The translations under genes were made by a program, and so were the position numbers. Below the pieces are notes generated by a model. The model was not told the DNA's origin. It was given only the letters and a program-made list of their open reading frames with translations, and ran no database searches. A stretch of DNA of 64,000 nt from Acanthaster planci (lineage: Eukaryota), in assembly GCF_001949145.1 (NCBI RefSeq), contig NW_019091357.1:438671-502670 (forward strand), given 5' to 3'. Every line of letters starts with the position of its first letter. Position 1 is the first letter of the stretch. Positions 22,801-34,742 of the stretch are shown one piece after another.

Positions 22801-25800
22801 TTACAAATCCTAATTTCTTTTTAAAGTTTTGTTACCCTAATTGCAAATCTTCAGCAAGTTGAGTTGTGTCAATCTAGTCTCACGTTTATGTAAATCCTAA
22901 TGGAGCTGAAGCCTCTGCCGCCTGCGGATCCTACTTTCTTTCCTGTGGTTTCAGAAAGTGTGTGTGGGGGGGGAGGGGAAAGCACGGCTTAAATTTGGAA
23001 GGGGACTTTAAACTGTAGTTTCGTTGTCAGGGCTCTTTTTTGTTTGTTGGAGAATTTGAAGACTTTTTAAAGAAAAAAGTAAAGGAAAACTTAGTTTTGG
23101 CAAGTCTTTTTTCCATTCATTCGGCGTCTTTATCTGATCCGAATTAATTTCGAAACAGATCGACAAGGTGAGAACGAAAACAGTTGACGTGAAAGAAATT
23201 GGGTGTCAGGCAAAAAGTCGTGACAAGGAAGACAAAAAGGATTATGAAATAGGAGACAGATTCCAAACATGATATGACTGCATCAAGTAATCGTTTGCAG
23301 CTGAGGCCTAGGTAGCGTTGGCCTCAGTATGAGGCTAGTATTGTTATTTGGTTCCTATGAAACAAGCGATTCATCAAAGTCGACTCTCACTACTAACATT
23401 ACGTGAGATGCTGGGAACTGGACCCCGGTGTTACATAGTGAGGGTTTTCTGGGCCAGTTCAAGTCTGAGGAAATACTAGATCCAGCAGTTCGATGTCCGG
23501 AACCAAATTGGCGGGATATTACCAGACGATCTGATAAACTTTCATGAAACCTCGAGATGTCAGCTTGATTGGCTTAAGATAAGCAAGCAGAAGTCTAGAC
23601 AAAATACAAGGAGAATGAATAGAGCTTCTACGCGCATATGTGCCGATTCAATTTAGTTTCAGTTTATTTGGGAAAGGATACAATAATGAACAAACAAGGA
23701 ACCAGACATGTGAAAGAAGAAGCCTAGATCGACTAGGGTACGTGCCATATCGTGTAGGCTTTTACAATCACATGACCTAAATTCACACCACTTGATAACA
23801 TCACAACTGACACACATCACTTTCTTCACATCAAGGGGCTGCTCTCTGCACGTGTGAGATGAGAGGACGCATACTGGCTTAATCCCAAGCGCACTTTAAA
23901 GCCATGATCACGCGCAAACACTCATGCGCTATGGGAAACTAGCGCTGAACCAAATCAAACAATGTTAACCGCAGGAAAGTTCATTACAACATCGAGAAGA
24001 TTTACGAGCGAAACACGTCGCGGCAGACCTTTTATGGCACCCAAGCAATCTGTCAATGGCTTAATATTATTCAGTCGAAATCTTACCTCACACTCGGTCA
24101 CTAGGGCAGTAATACAGGACGTGACGGGGTGCATTTTCCCTTATCCATTCTAGTACATGTATAGACCCCACGCAAGCATGTCCAAAACTTTCCAAAGGGT
24201 CATATTTTATGTTAGCTGTGGATTACACTCTCCCACGAACTGCTGCCCCGTAGCAGCTGGTGGACGCCAAAAACAAAACTCAGCTGTGATTGCTGACAAT
24301 CTGGAATGAATTCAGCAGGCAGAGTAGGCGCAGGTTTACAAAGAGTTGCTCGCAGAAATTTCAAGAAGCCCTCAAGTTTTCCCGTTCATTTCAAGTTTTG
24401 TTAACATTTTTATAACTTATTAAAAGAAATAATGAAAACATGATCAGTTGAAGCCGGTTAAACCTTTCAGTGCACTTAAAAAAACCTTTCGCAATTTCAA
24501 ATGCAGATGTGTCACCAAGTGAAACACAAACGTTTTCGAAATTCGAATCGTATTTTCTCTGAGCCTGAAACCCACAGGAAATGACAGTACCACATCCACA
24601 TTATGTTGAATTACATTCGAAGTATTTCAAAATCGTGGGAAAACCGTCCGGATTCGAAGGAAGTTATTGCACACCAGTCACGTCCACTGTGGTAGACCCA
24701 ACACTCTATGATATCGCTATAATTGCTTCACCAGATACAGGTCTCCCTGGGTCGTCCAGGGTTAACTAAGAGATGAAGACGGGTCTTCTTTCACTTCCAG
24801 TCGGGGGGGAGGGAACGAGGAAATGACAGTCTCGTGTCAGATACCAACTTCACGATAAAGCATCAAATGCCGTGCGTCAACAACAAAAAAGGTATGCTCT
24901 GGAGAAAACATTTGCAATGAGAATCTTCTGTACCATCATCCATGAGTCCAGTTTTTTTCTCGCAAAGAATATAAAACACCAACGACTATAATCGTATAAC
25001 GAGTAACCTGCTTTTTTTTAACCATTCTGAAACACACAACTCTGATTGAAAAGTTTGAATCACCCATTGTGCTTTCAAGACACAAAGTATCCCAACCTAT
25101 ATTAAGCCAGTTTATTTTTCAAGAATTTTTTTTAAAAATTGTTTATATAAATGTCAATGTTTCAAATAGTTAGTGTGCTAATGTCAAGAATATCTTTAAT
25201 CACTGACCAGGTGCCTGTGATAATTGTACCCAGAATAATTCGTATTTCCTTCGGCAAGTAACAACAATTTGCCGTCACGAGTGCCCTTGATACGGGACAG
25301 TGGAATGACAGCTAACCTTTCGTGACACAAGGCAAGTACAAGTTTTTCTCCATCCCCAACCTAGCAGGTGGAAAGTACATGTACTTGTACACCGCTCTTC
25401 TACAGATCATTTGACAAGTTTGGGGGCGAACCATAGTTCTATAACTGGTCAGCTGCTTTTTAACAATGCACAGCGTCAATACAGATGCACCCAAACGATC
25501 TTGGTCAAATTATTTTGTCACATCTCATGATCATTCACATCTTGTCATTGGCCGTTACTCTTGCACTGGTCGTGGTCAATCATTTCTTGTAGTAATAATA
25601 TTAATATGAATGGTTCCCTCCGTGCTGATAAATTAAATAGGCTACTGATGGTCAACCATAAGACTATGCCCTAGAGGCCCGGTTTCAAATGGTTGATCAG
25701 ATGGTCCAACTATGCAATGTTTGGGTAACGCTGCTGAAACTACAGTTATCACCAATGTTAAGTCATTGATCTGTCCAATTTACAAAGCCTAAATGGAACT

Positions 25801-28800
25801 GTATCTTATGAGATCATTGCTGTAAATGTTAACACTTTAGCAACGAGTTGGCTCATAAGGAAACACCTTTTCCTGGTGAGGTCTACAATCTAGCCCGAAA
25901 ATTTAAAAAAAAAAAGAAAATGCATTTTTAGCTGTTTACTGAAATGGAGTTTACTGGATCCTCAAAGAGTGAAATTCCACAATCATAATTAGAAGCCATG
26001 ACTGCGATGGCACAACACTTGTGTACAGGTGGTAAGCATGCGTTACATGCCTCTTCAACCAATAGGATGTTGTGATTTGCCAAATGCATGTGCGTGTCAA
26101 GCTGAGGAATGTGCGTGCAAGTCTGGTGCCACCGCAGTTATGACATCTACTTGATTAGATGATACATACCAGAAGGGGGCTCTTAATGAATACGTACCGT
26201 TTCCTGACTGGCCTCCATCTTACACAGCAGAACAGTGGCAAATGAATTTGGACTGTCTCCATGACTGGTGCTCAGGTGTTCCATGTACAGGTATTGCTTG
26301 CAGTTACCTGCGAAGCCTTGCGAGTTGTGTGTGATTTCCCGTGACGTATGAGGAAACCTCTACGCTTCATAGCTTTGCTTCAAATGGCACAAAGAAAGCA
26401 TTTACTGTCACTGTGAACAATGTTGTGCAGTAGAGTCTCTAATGGAAGTGTGTTGCTTCCTGGTCCTTGGGTATTATCGGGATTGTCTCTCCTTGAGATA
26501 AAAACTTTGATGTACATCTAGATTCTCCCGTCTCAGTAAAAGCAGCATTGGATATCACACACAGAAACCAATCTCTCGTTTCCGTCTTCTCTTGAAGACT
26601 GTTCAAGTTCAAGATCTTCTGCTGAGATTTTATCTTCACTAATTGTACTGCTTCAAGCTCTTTGTCACATGACGTTTTCTGTTGTGCAGTGAATGGTATC
26701 ACACTGACAGTCACATTGGCCATGTGTGTCACCACTACAGGTCACTTCCACACAATGGGAGACCCATAGGACAAGGTTGCCATCCATGTCACAGACATTT
26801 GACTCATCTACATGTACATGTATAGTGCTTGCAGCAGTAGGCCTAAGCACAGTCACAAGCAAATCTTTGCAAGGCCAGCACTATCTACGCTTTCAGCTGA
26901 CTGATGATAACGAATTAGAACATCCTTGTTAGTCACTGGTTTCATTTGACCAGTCTATTTATTGTTGAAGGCGTCAATGTCTAACATATCTCTCTGAAGT
27001 TGTACGCACTAGTTAGTGATGTACCTGCCTCGTAAATTGAGGGGCAATCGGTAAAACCTGTAGAATTGAAAAGAAAACAATCAGATGCCATCTTTACTCA
27101 GAGGAAAAACAATACAACATGCTGTGTGGAAGTGTAATATAAAATTGGTGGACTACAGCACATGCAGGAAAAATACTCTAATTTGCTTTCACACCTAACG
27201 TCAACTTGCCTAATAGTATATTTGTTACAATGCACATTTTTACTAGCCAGGCTAATGTCTTCAACAGTCAATTTCACATTTTCTAGCAAAGTCCTACCAA
27301 GCATGACTAAAGCGAGTAGGCCTAGGCTGCTAGGCATACTGATCAAATCCAAAAGACTTCTCAAGGTTGCAAAGGAAATTCTGGACTGAAGTAATTGTGA
27401 TACATACTTTGTAAGAAGTAAGAAAAAATGGTGACACAAAAGTGTAACTTGTTAGTGTATTTAGATGTGGAAAAATAAAAACATTATGCGTACTCTACTA
27501 AAGGTAACGTTCATTATGTTGTGAGGTGAAATTATTAGATTTATTGCATCAATGGCTTGTCTTCAAAGTTCAGAATAAAGATGCCCATGAGTCTCCATTA
27601 TGCATTTAAAAACACTGGGGATTGCGAATTTGGGGATCCCCTCAAGTTTTTGTCATTTTAATTTGTGCAAAATTGGTCATTCCCCCCCCCCTTAAAAAAA
27701 AAAACCTGAGGCAATGCTGTCTGAATTGCCCTGACCCTGTTTTTTTAGGGGTAATTTCAAATAGTAAATTGTGAGAAAATGTGACTTTCCTACTGATAAA
27801 CCAGCCATGCAAATTTGACTCCACCATCATGACATGTGTCATGTGTTAAAATACCCCCAGTTTCCCCTCATAATTTCCCTCAAAATTCAAAAAGAATGCC
27901 CTGTTTTCACAACATCAACCCTACAGTTGAGCATGATGTCACCATGGTCAAAGTCATCTACCATGTCGTTAGTACACGCGCGCTAGGGGCCAAGGAACAA
28001 AAACAAATAAAATGTAGGCATCCCTTCTGTTATAGGAACAGGATCCCCAAATTCACAATCCCAAAAACATTCTCCAGGGGTCTTACCTCTTGGTCTGATT
28101 CGATGGAAGTACTTAACCACTATTATCAGCGCAGAAAGCGTGAAAATCTATGCATTTTGGCAACTACATCGTGCCATGCACTCATCATGTACATGTACTT
28201 GGATACTGGCGCCATTGTCTGAAAGAGCGCCACCAAGAGTTGTAGCAATGTAATGTTAATGCATCTTCATCCTCACGTCCGCAAGAATTCAATGTAGAAA
28301 GACACCCGTTCTTAGCTTTTTCAAATTAGTTCAAACTTATACAGTCGCAAAAATAAAAAAAAACTGCTTGTCACTATCAGGAGAGATAAAATTTGCAACC
28401 CTGTGTTCCTATTTTCGGAATTGCTCAACTTCGCTGCATGGAAATTCCAAGTGAAGATTTCAACTTCGAAATATCTAAAAGCTCAGGAATTCATACCGTT
28501 TATTTTGTGATTTTTCACAACACGTTATCATGTTATATACAAAAATTAAGTCAAACCATCCACCTAGGGCACGACATAAACAAAGCAGTGTCAAAAAGTT
28601 ACCATTTGGAGAAAAAAATGTACATTTACTAAAGAAAGTCAAAATTAGCGATTCAATTACACAAATTAAAAAAAATGTACATGTATTGGGTGATCTAAAG
28701 ATTCACCACAGTAAAGTTTGCCTGCTATTTAAGACTATTGTAGTTATCGAGTAAGACAAGCAGTTTTGGAAGAGTTTAGGTCAAACTTTGGGAAGAATTT

Positions 28801-28825
28801 CATCGGTGTCGTATTCGTATCTAGC

Positions 28826-28905
28826 CATACACTGACCCAGCATGCGCGCGCTTTGTTTCCGAAAGACCTTGACGCTCTGAGACATACATACCGAACCGGC
28901 TCATG
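28826..28905 (-). mobile_element. Partial copy of MITE family 2 (see 46481-46657)
   Basis: The reverse complement atgagc..gttcggtat..caaggtctttcggaaacaaagcgcgcgca..gtcagtgtatggct matches 46484-46562. Confidence 0.65.
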
Positions 28906-29706
28906 AACTCCACATAATTAATGTCTTGAATTCCATTAAATCGATTATTTGCATTGCCAAATCTTTTTGTTTACTCTGAAGAGCAGTCATAACACGTACA
29001 CGCTATGCTGCATATCTGACCAAATCAGTGATTAATGACTTAGTCAGCGAGACTATGTCAGCGATGATCACTCGCCTTCAGGGGTCTGTAGATAATGTTG
29101 CATCGCTCAATCAATAATGTTGTTCCAATGCATTTTGCATTCCGCACCTGACAGTGGGTGGTCCTGTGTTCTTCAAGTTATTGCTATAGTGTTCACGTTA
29201 AGCCCATGCAATATTAATAACTACTGAGGCCCTATTGCTCGTAATTTTTTCTTTATTCTGAACAGGTTCACAGACTAAATAATCTTTTTTCCGTTACGTA
29301 AACAGTATCAATAATTAATTACAAAATATACTACATGTATACTGCGGGAATAATGTGAATAAATGATTATAAAATTATAAAATTGCTAAAATATCTTCAA
29401 AGTTCAATCACCACTCATACATTGTTTTATTTTACACAAGCACCTTTGATTTCTTGACTGAAATAGCACACTCGTGACGCATAAACTTCCAGTTCTATAA
29501 ACGTTTTGACGTTTCTCAACGCAGGCCCCTCAATGCGTGTAACATAGCTGTCGGTAACAAATTCGGTCGCAGTGAAAAACGACTGGAAAAAGTTCACTTG
29601 CAAAAAGGACGTCCGCCACACGAAAAAAGCGGCTTGATTTAAGACTAAGACCGAAACCAAACAGTATATTGTTTTGATGGTAGGTTCCATGCTGCTGTCC
29701 TCATTC

Positions 29707-32700
29707 TCAGCCTTGCATCATGTCCATGTCAACGTTGCCCCAAACGCCTAGAACGAAAGATTCAATCTCGCACTCGTTCTGGCCTCTTAGAACGCGGAAA
29801 TAGCCGTTCTCACCCCACTGGCTTCCCCAGGAATTGGCGCAAAGCTGAAGACAAAATCAAAGAACGAAATTGTTTTCCTTGCCTTGATAGCTGTAGTATA
29901 AAGACGAAGTAAGTCCTGAACAAATTCGAACATCTATTATGGTATTGCTTGATCTTGTTGTGTCAGTAACCAGCCAGTTGTTTTAACTTGAGGTTGTTCC
30001 AGACTTCATGGCAAAATAAGTGAAGACGCAAGTTGCGAGGAAGATTAAAAAGGATTAGACATTTTATTTTAATAAACGATGTGGAAATATGTTTAACAAA
30101 TACAAAATGTTTCGCCATTCCATCGCAAGCTGGTGATACAAGCAGGACTGAGTGAGTCTACCTACCCAGTATGGTCTGGGCTTCTCTGGGTCAGTACGGT
30201 CCACTCCCCAGCCTAAAACTCGAACTGAATGGTACCCCTTCCGTCTACGTTTGGAGGATTTCTTCACCGATTGACGCGTGTATTTATAAACACCTCCAGC
30301 ATAGGAGTAGAAATCTTCCTTCACTAGCAACGTAGCTGACAAAAAATAACGAGGAATATGTAAATTATATCGATAAGTTTAAAAAATGGATAATGCCAAA
30401 GATCAGCTGAGAAGTGAAGTGACAGCTGCCACGTTATAAAAAGAGGTTATTATGCAGGCATAACAGGAGGGCGCTGTTTGGTTTGCAATAAAATGTAAAG
30501 GCCGAGTTCGGGCGGCTTGTTCTCGTATGTTCACGAACAGCTCGATTTTTTGTTTATGGGTCGTCCGCTCGAACGCTGGGGACGTACAACCGGTTATCGC
30601 TACTAGTTGTCTGTAGCAAGCAACATGCAACATGGCGGCGTCCATGTGCATTCTTCGAGAGTTAATGTTTGGATAACTGGGCTAACTTCAGAAAATAATT
30701 TCTGTCATGAAAAACGTTGATTTTGCAAAACTTTCTATTGTCTCCAGCTTTTTAAAGCCGTTTCGATAGTTTTACGGCTTTTCATAAATCAAATCTCACG
30801 AGTTTGTGTGCGTTCGTGTAAAACCCTGACGAGAATGCGGTGTGTGAACCTGTTCCGAGAACAGTGTTCTTGTGTCGTGTTCCCGCCGTTCGAGCGCAAG
30901 AACACGAAAGCCAGGTCGAGAACAGACCGTACGAACTCGACCTTTGTGTTTACTTCAAATTTAACAACTTCAAATCAAGCCCTCTTATTGTGTCCGCCAT
31001 GCTTCAGAAAGGTTAATCATTGCACTTACAGAAAAAAACCAACCAAATCAGACGCAATTCACAGAAACCTAAATCTTAATACGAAGGTGGTAAAGACAAG
31101 CCAAAATCGTAGAAGTATACACTAATAACCAGACCTCAACACAATTAAAAAGCAAGGTATGAAGCTACATGTATTGTGAAAGGAACCCAACATACATTGA
31201 TAGACATCAAACATTCAGGCTCAATGTTCGATTTTTGCCCTGCCTGACGAGTATTTTTAACACTGTATGCTCAGTGTATGCCCCCGAAAGCTTGTGGAAA
31301 AAACACAAGCGTACTCGGGTTGGACTCGAACCCACGACCTCCTGCTTACTAGTTATCAAAACTAATTTACATCTCCTCGGTGCAAATCCATCCCTGCAAC
31401 AAACATTTAGGCCTAATACATTAAGAATGACATGCAAAACTAAACATGAGGAAAACATAAGGAGAACGGCACGACCAAGAAGCAAATGACATGAACTACC
31501 TTGCACGGGTCCGTTTTTAAGTATTTCAGCCATGATGTCTTCCTCCTGGTAAAAAAGGGGGAAAAAACCCAGCAGATACAGCTTAAACAAGAAAGTTCAA
31601 GAGGGCTAACTCTAAACCTTTTAAGTTTTGTTTTGGTATTTAATCAGTATAATTCCATCTTTCTTGGTGTGTGATTGACAACACCCCCATAGTAAGTTGT
31701 GAACTGTGCAAAGATTAAGCGAAATGGAAAGGATCACATCACACACCTTTCTGGATAGTCTATAAGGTGGGCTGGATTGGTACTTTCCAGAAGTCATCTT
31801 ATTACTCGGGCACGGTGAACTTTGGTAGCGAGGTAACATACACGCGTATCTCTTCATCTTACTGGCCTCGTCCCTTCCACTTTGGTAGGGGTAACATTGA
31901 TCTGTGACAATGCTGAAACAAAAACATAATCTTGGAAGAACCCTGCTGTCAATTTGGAGGAGGCGAACAAAGCTTAGAAAAGTTACCCCTCCTGGTTCAT
32001 TTCATTTTCTCAAATAGGAACGGTGCAAATATTCATCATCTTCATTTCTAAAAAAAAAAAGACTTTGGTATTGAATCGAAAAGTATTAATGTTTACCCAA
32101 ATCTGCGCAAGTAAAACCAGGCGCGATCAATACGCCCACCGTCACACCCTCGTTGGCCCCTAGTGTTGCAGGACAGAAGATTCTGAGTAGAAAGGGGCGC
32201 CCTCATGTGACCCATGGACTGGATGGCGAGGCGATCGGACGCAACAGCTGTCAAGACAATGGAACATTGGTCAACCTAGGAGCCTTTGGACGCTTGGTGT
32301 CAGTAAACTTGTTCCTTACTTATCAAACTTAACATCACCACAAAGGACCTGGTTCCCTGCTTCATAAATGACTGCGAGTGGCTCCTGAGAACCAGCTATG
32401 CAGACCACGCCCACTACCGCTGGTTCCACATGCCTGGTCGACAAGCTTTCGAATAACTTGTGGTAAAACGATCGCTTGAGATTAGCATTTTGATGTCGGC
32501 AAGAAAGTAACGTGTTTTTGTCAAATCGTAAACACTACAAGCTTGAATAATTCTGTTAGACTCTTAAAAATAGTTTTAACAGGCTTCAACGATGAGCAAT
32601 ACCTGTGGTTGAGACTGCCCAGGAACTTCCGCAGTTCCCTTGATCCATTATGCCCTCTATCCAATCGGGCCACTTTTGGCGACAATCGAAATTTTCCGGC

Positions 32701-34602
32701 AGGTCTGTCGTTTGCTCAATGTCGACCTCAGTCATAGCAGATACAGATCGCCCGGGTTTCAGGGTTCCTAATCGACGCTGAATCCCTTCCTCAAGCGTCA
32801 TACCCCACAGGAAACTGTAGTTACTGGCTCGCCACCTACCGACGGGAAAAAGGCAGGGAACAGACAGTTTAACAGTTAGAATGAATTCCCATCAGTATAA
32901 GCTAGATAAAGAGTTTAAAACAGATTTTAGCGGGATGGTAGGTCTGGCTGATTCAAAAGTTTCCCATCAAAACGTTCCCTATGTTGTGCAAGACAAAAAG
33001 AAATTCAGTCACAGAATCTTTAAAGATTCTACCAAATTTCAAACGTTTTTATCTACCCGTTGTCCTCTGCGTTAACATTGTTGATGATCTCCTCCGTGAT
33101 AAGACAAATATTCTCCTCGCATTCTACTTGATATCCTCCAACCGTAGGCAAACAGGTGCTGCAAGACGAACATAAAAGTCAGTGGAATGAAACAGAATGA
33201 TAGGAATCTGACAATTATATCTATCGCTATCACAAAAGTGATAAAAGTAAGACGTACTAATGGATACTGCAACAGTGTTGTAACGAGTCACTGAAATTGG
33301 TGACTCAGTCGAGTCATTTTAACATTGTGACTCCAGCCGAATCGAGTCATTAGGACAAAAAGTCGAGTCGAGTGAAGTCAGTTTGTGTAAGTACTGAGCT
33401 GAGTCAATTTCAGTCGCCAAATCATTGAACAAAATACAATGAAAACACAACTACACGTAAGTCATTTTTTTGGTATTTTATTTTCATTTAGACATACAGA
33501 AAATAAACTAGGGTGACAAATATCTGGCCAACTAAAATTTTGCGTTTACTTTTTTGAAACTCGAGTCTTGTACACTTGTACTCGAGTCCAGTCTCCATTC
33601 GAGTCATTTGGTCGCAGAGTCTTGAGCCGAGTCACCAAAATGGTGACTCGAGTAGGACTCAACTAGAGTCATTGACTCGAGTCATTACAAATCTGCACTA
33701 CAATCAGCAGGAGACCGACTAAGACGCTTCTAACCCTTCTCTAATCTCTAGTGACCATCATAACGGCACTTCTTGAGTTTAAGGTTTCAAGGTATCGTAT
33801 TGATTAGATCTCAAGCTTGAGAACCAAGTTACATAAACACGACAGAAACACATACAAATGGAAGGCAATTCAATCATTGTATTTAATCATCTCACAATAT
33901 ACGTACCAAGCATTACAGTTGACTTTAATGGAATCTCCAGCAAACAAATTCCTGCCTTGATAGGTGCAGTCAGCTTTTAATTACAAACATTTGGGATAAG
34001 AAAAACAAACCAGAAATCAGTCGTCACATCTGAAAATGGACTGAATATCACAAAGCATTCCGACATTATTGTGTCTACCAACAAGTTCTTGTTTAACAAT
34101 TGGCAGGCGACAGTCAAGCATATCATCGACAGCATTGCTGTCTAGCCGTCTCTATAACGTCTAGCATCGATACCATTAAATTCAAAGTTATATTAATCGA
34201 ATTCAGCGAATAACTGGGATTCAAGTTAAGAGAAACAATAAAACATTGCTGCTGCAATAAGAGGAATCTTATGTCCAGTAGAGTTTCAACCTCTCGTTGC
34301 ACTGGAGTATCTCCGTAAATACACGTACCTTTTGCTATTGGGTTTGGACTGAGCGGTGATTTCGTTGACGGTAGAGCCGTGCAGTTGTTGAAGACGTCTG
34401 GACAGCAGTCAGGGTCTTTGGACCGGAGACAAAACTCGTCGCAGTAGCACAGGGTGTCTGCCATGGGGGCCGTGCACGTATCATCACGGCCAGCACAGCA
34501 GCCTCCTGGCCGTAGCGAGCAGTATTGGGCCCGGGTTGGAATCATCGTCATTAATGGGATTGTAAGTAGGAGAAGACCAAGGGGTGAGGAAAAGCCGGTC
34601 AT
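29707..34602 (-). CDS. TINAGL1: TINAG/TINAGL1/Swim-family protein, copy B (tandem paralogue), 448 aa
   Basis: Coding exons in transcript order: 34602-34329, 33973-33907, 33158-33057, 32835-32603, 32247-32097, 31912-31747, 31545-31500, 30335-30166, 29844-29707 (1347 nt). Internal exon sizes 67/102/233/151/166/46/170 and phases are identical to copy A. Same motifs: [62 protein letters not shown]. The symbol denotes family, not proven orthology. Confidence 0.95.
30455..31000. mobile_element. ~550-bp non-autonomous DNA transposon-like insert with long imperfect inverted arms, intron 7 of TINAGL copy B
   Basis: 30497-30525 (AAAGGCCGAGTTCGGGCGGCTTGTTCTCG) matches the reverse complement of 30917-30945 at 24/29. 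Also cgctcgaacg (~30566) vs cgttcgagcg (~30887), and gagggc vs gccctc near the ends. Boundaries approximate. Confidence 0.65.
31245..31353 (-). mobile_element. 5'-truncated tRNA-derived SINE fragment
   Basis: The minus strand reads ctagtaagcaggaggtcgtgGGTTCGAGTCCaacccgagta, a tRNA variable loop plus T-arm/B-box, followed by a non-tRNA body. No A-box/D-arm or acceptor stem, so not a tRNA gene. Confidence 0.65.
33273..33695. mobile_element. Non-autonomous hAT-type element (423 bp) in intron 2 of TINAGL copy B
   Basis: Termini CAGTGTTGTAACGAGTC / GAGTCATTACAAATCTG form an imperfect TIR with CAG..CTG ends. The flanking 8-mers TACTGCAA and CACTACAA match at 6/8, consistent with a decayed 8-bp TSD. 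Dense GAGTC/GACTC motifs in both subterminal regions around an AT-rich core. Confidence 0.75.
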
Positions 34603-34630
34603 TTTGTTCCGATTAGCTCTGCGGTCCTTC

Positions 34631-34742
34631 CTGCAGCTGCTTCACAAAAACACCAAGTTGAATTCCCAAATAATACTCCGATTCTGATAGTGCGAAACCT
34701 TTGCCCTGAATAACCACCCAAATTAGGCTGAAATAAACTCAC
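34631..34742 (-). other. Probable 112-nt 5'UTR intron of TINAGL copy B
   Basis: Minus-strand donor GAG|GTGAGT at 34742 and acceptor ctgcag| at 34631, 28 nt upstream of the ATG. Copy A has a similar agctgcag just upstream of its ATG (~19897-19904). Confidence 0.5.

Noticed and set aside
31311..31353. tRNA gene
   Set aside because: Only the 3' half (B-box/T-arm) is present, with no D-arm or acceptor stem; treated as a SINE relic.
33273..33695. CRISPR-like or iteron-like array
   Set aside because: Eukaryotic intron with irregularly spaced pentamers and no repeat-spacer periodicity; TIR and TSD indicate a hAT-type element.
34123..34602. Stand-alone 159-aa secreted protein
   Set aside because: This is exon 1 of copy B read into intron 1. 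The donor at 34328 joins in frame to a conserved exon 2.
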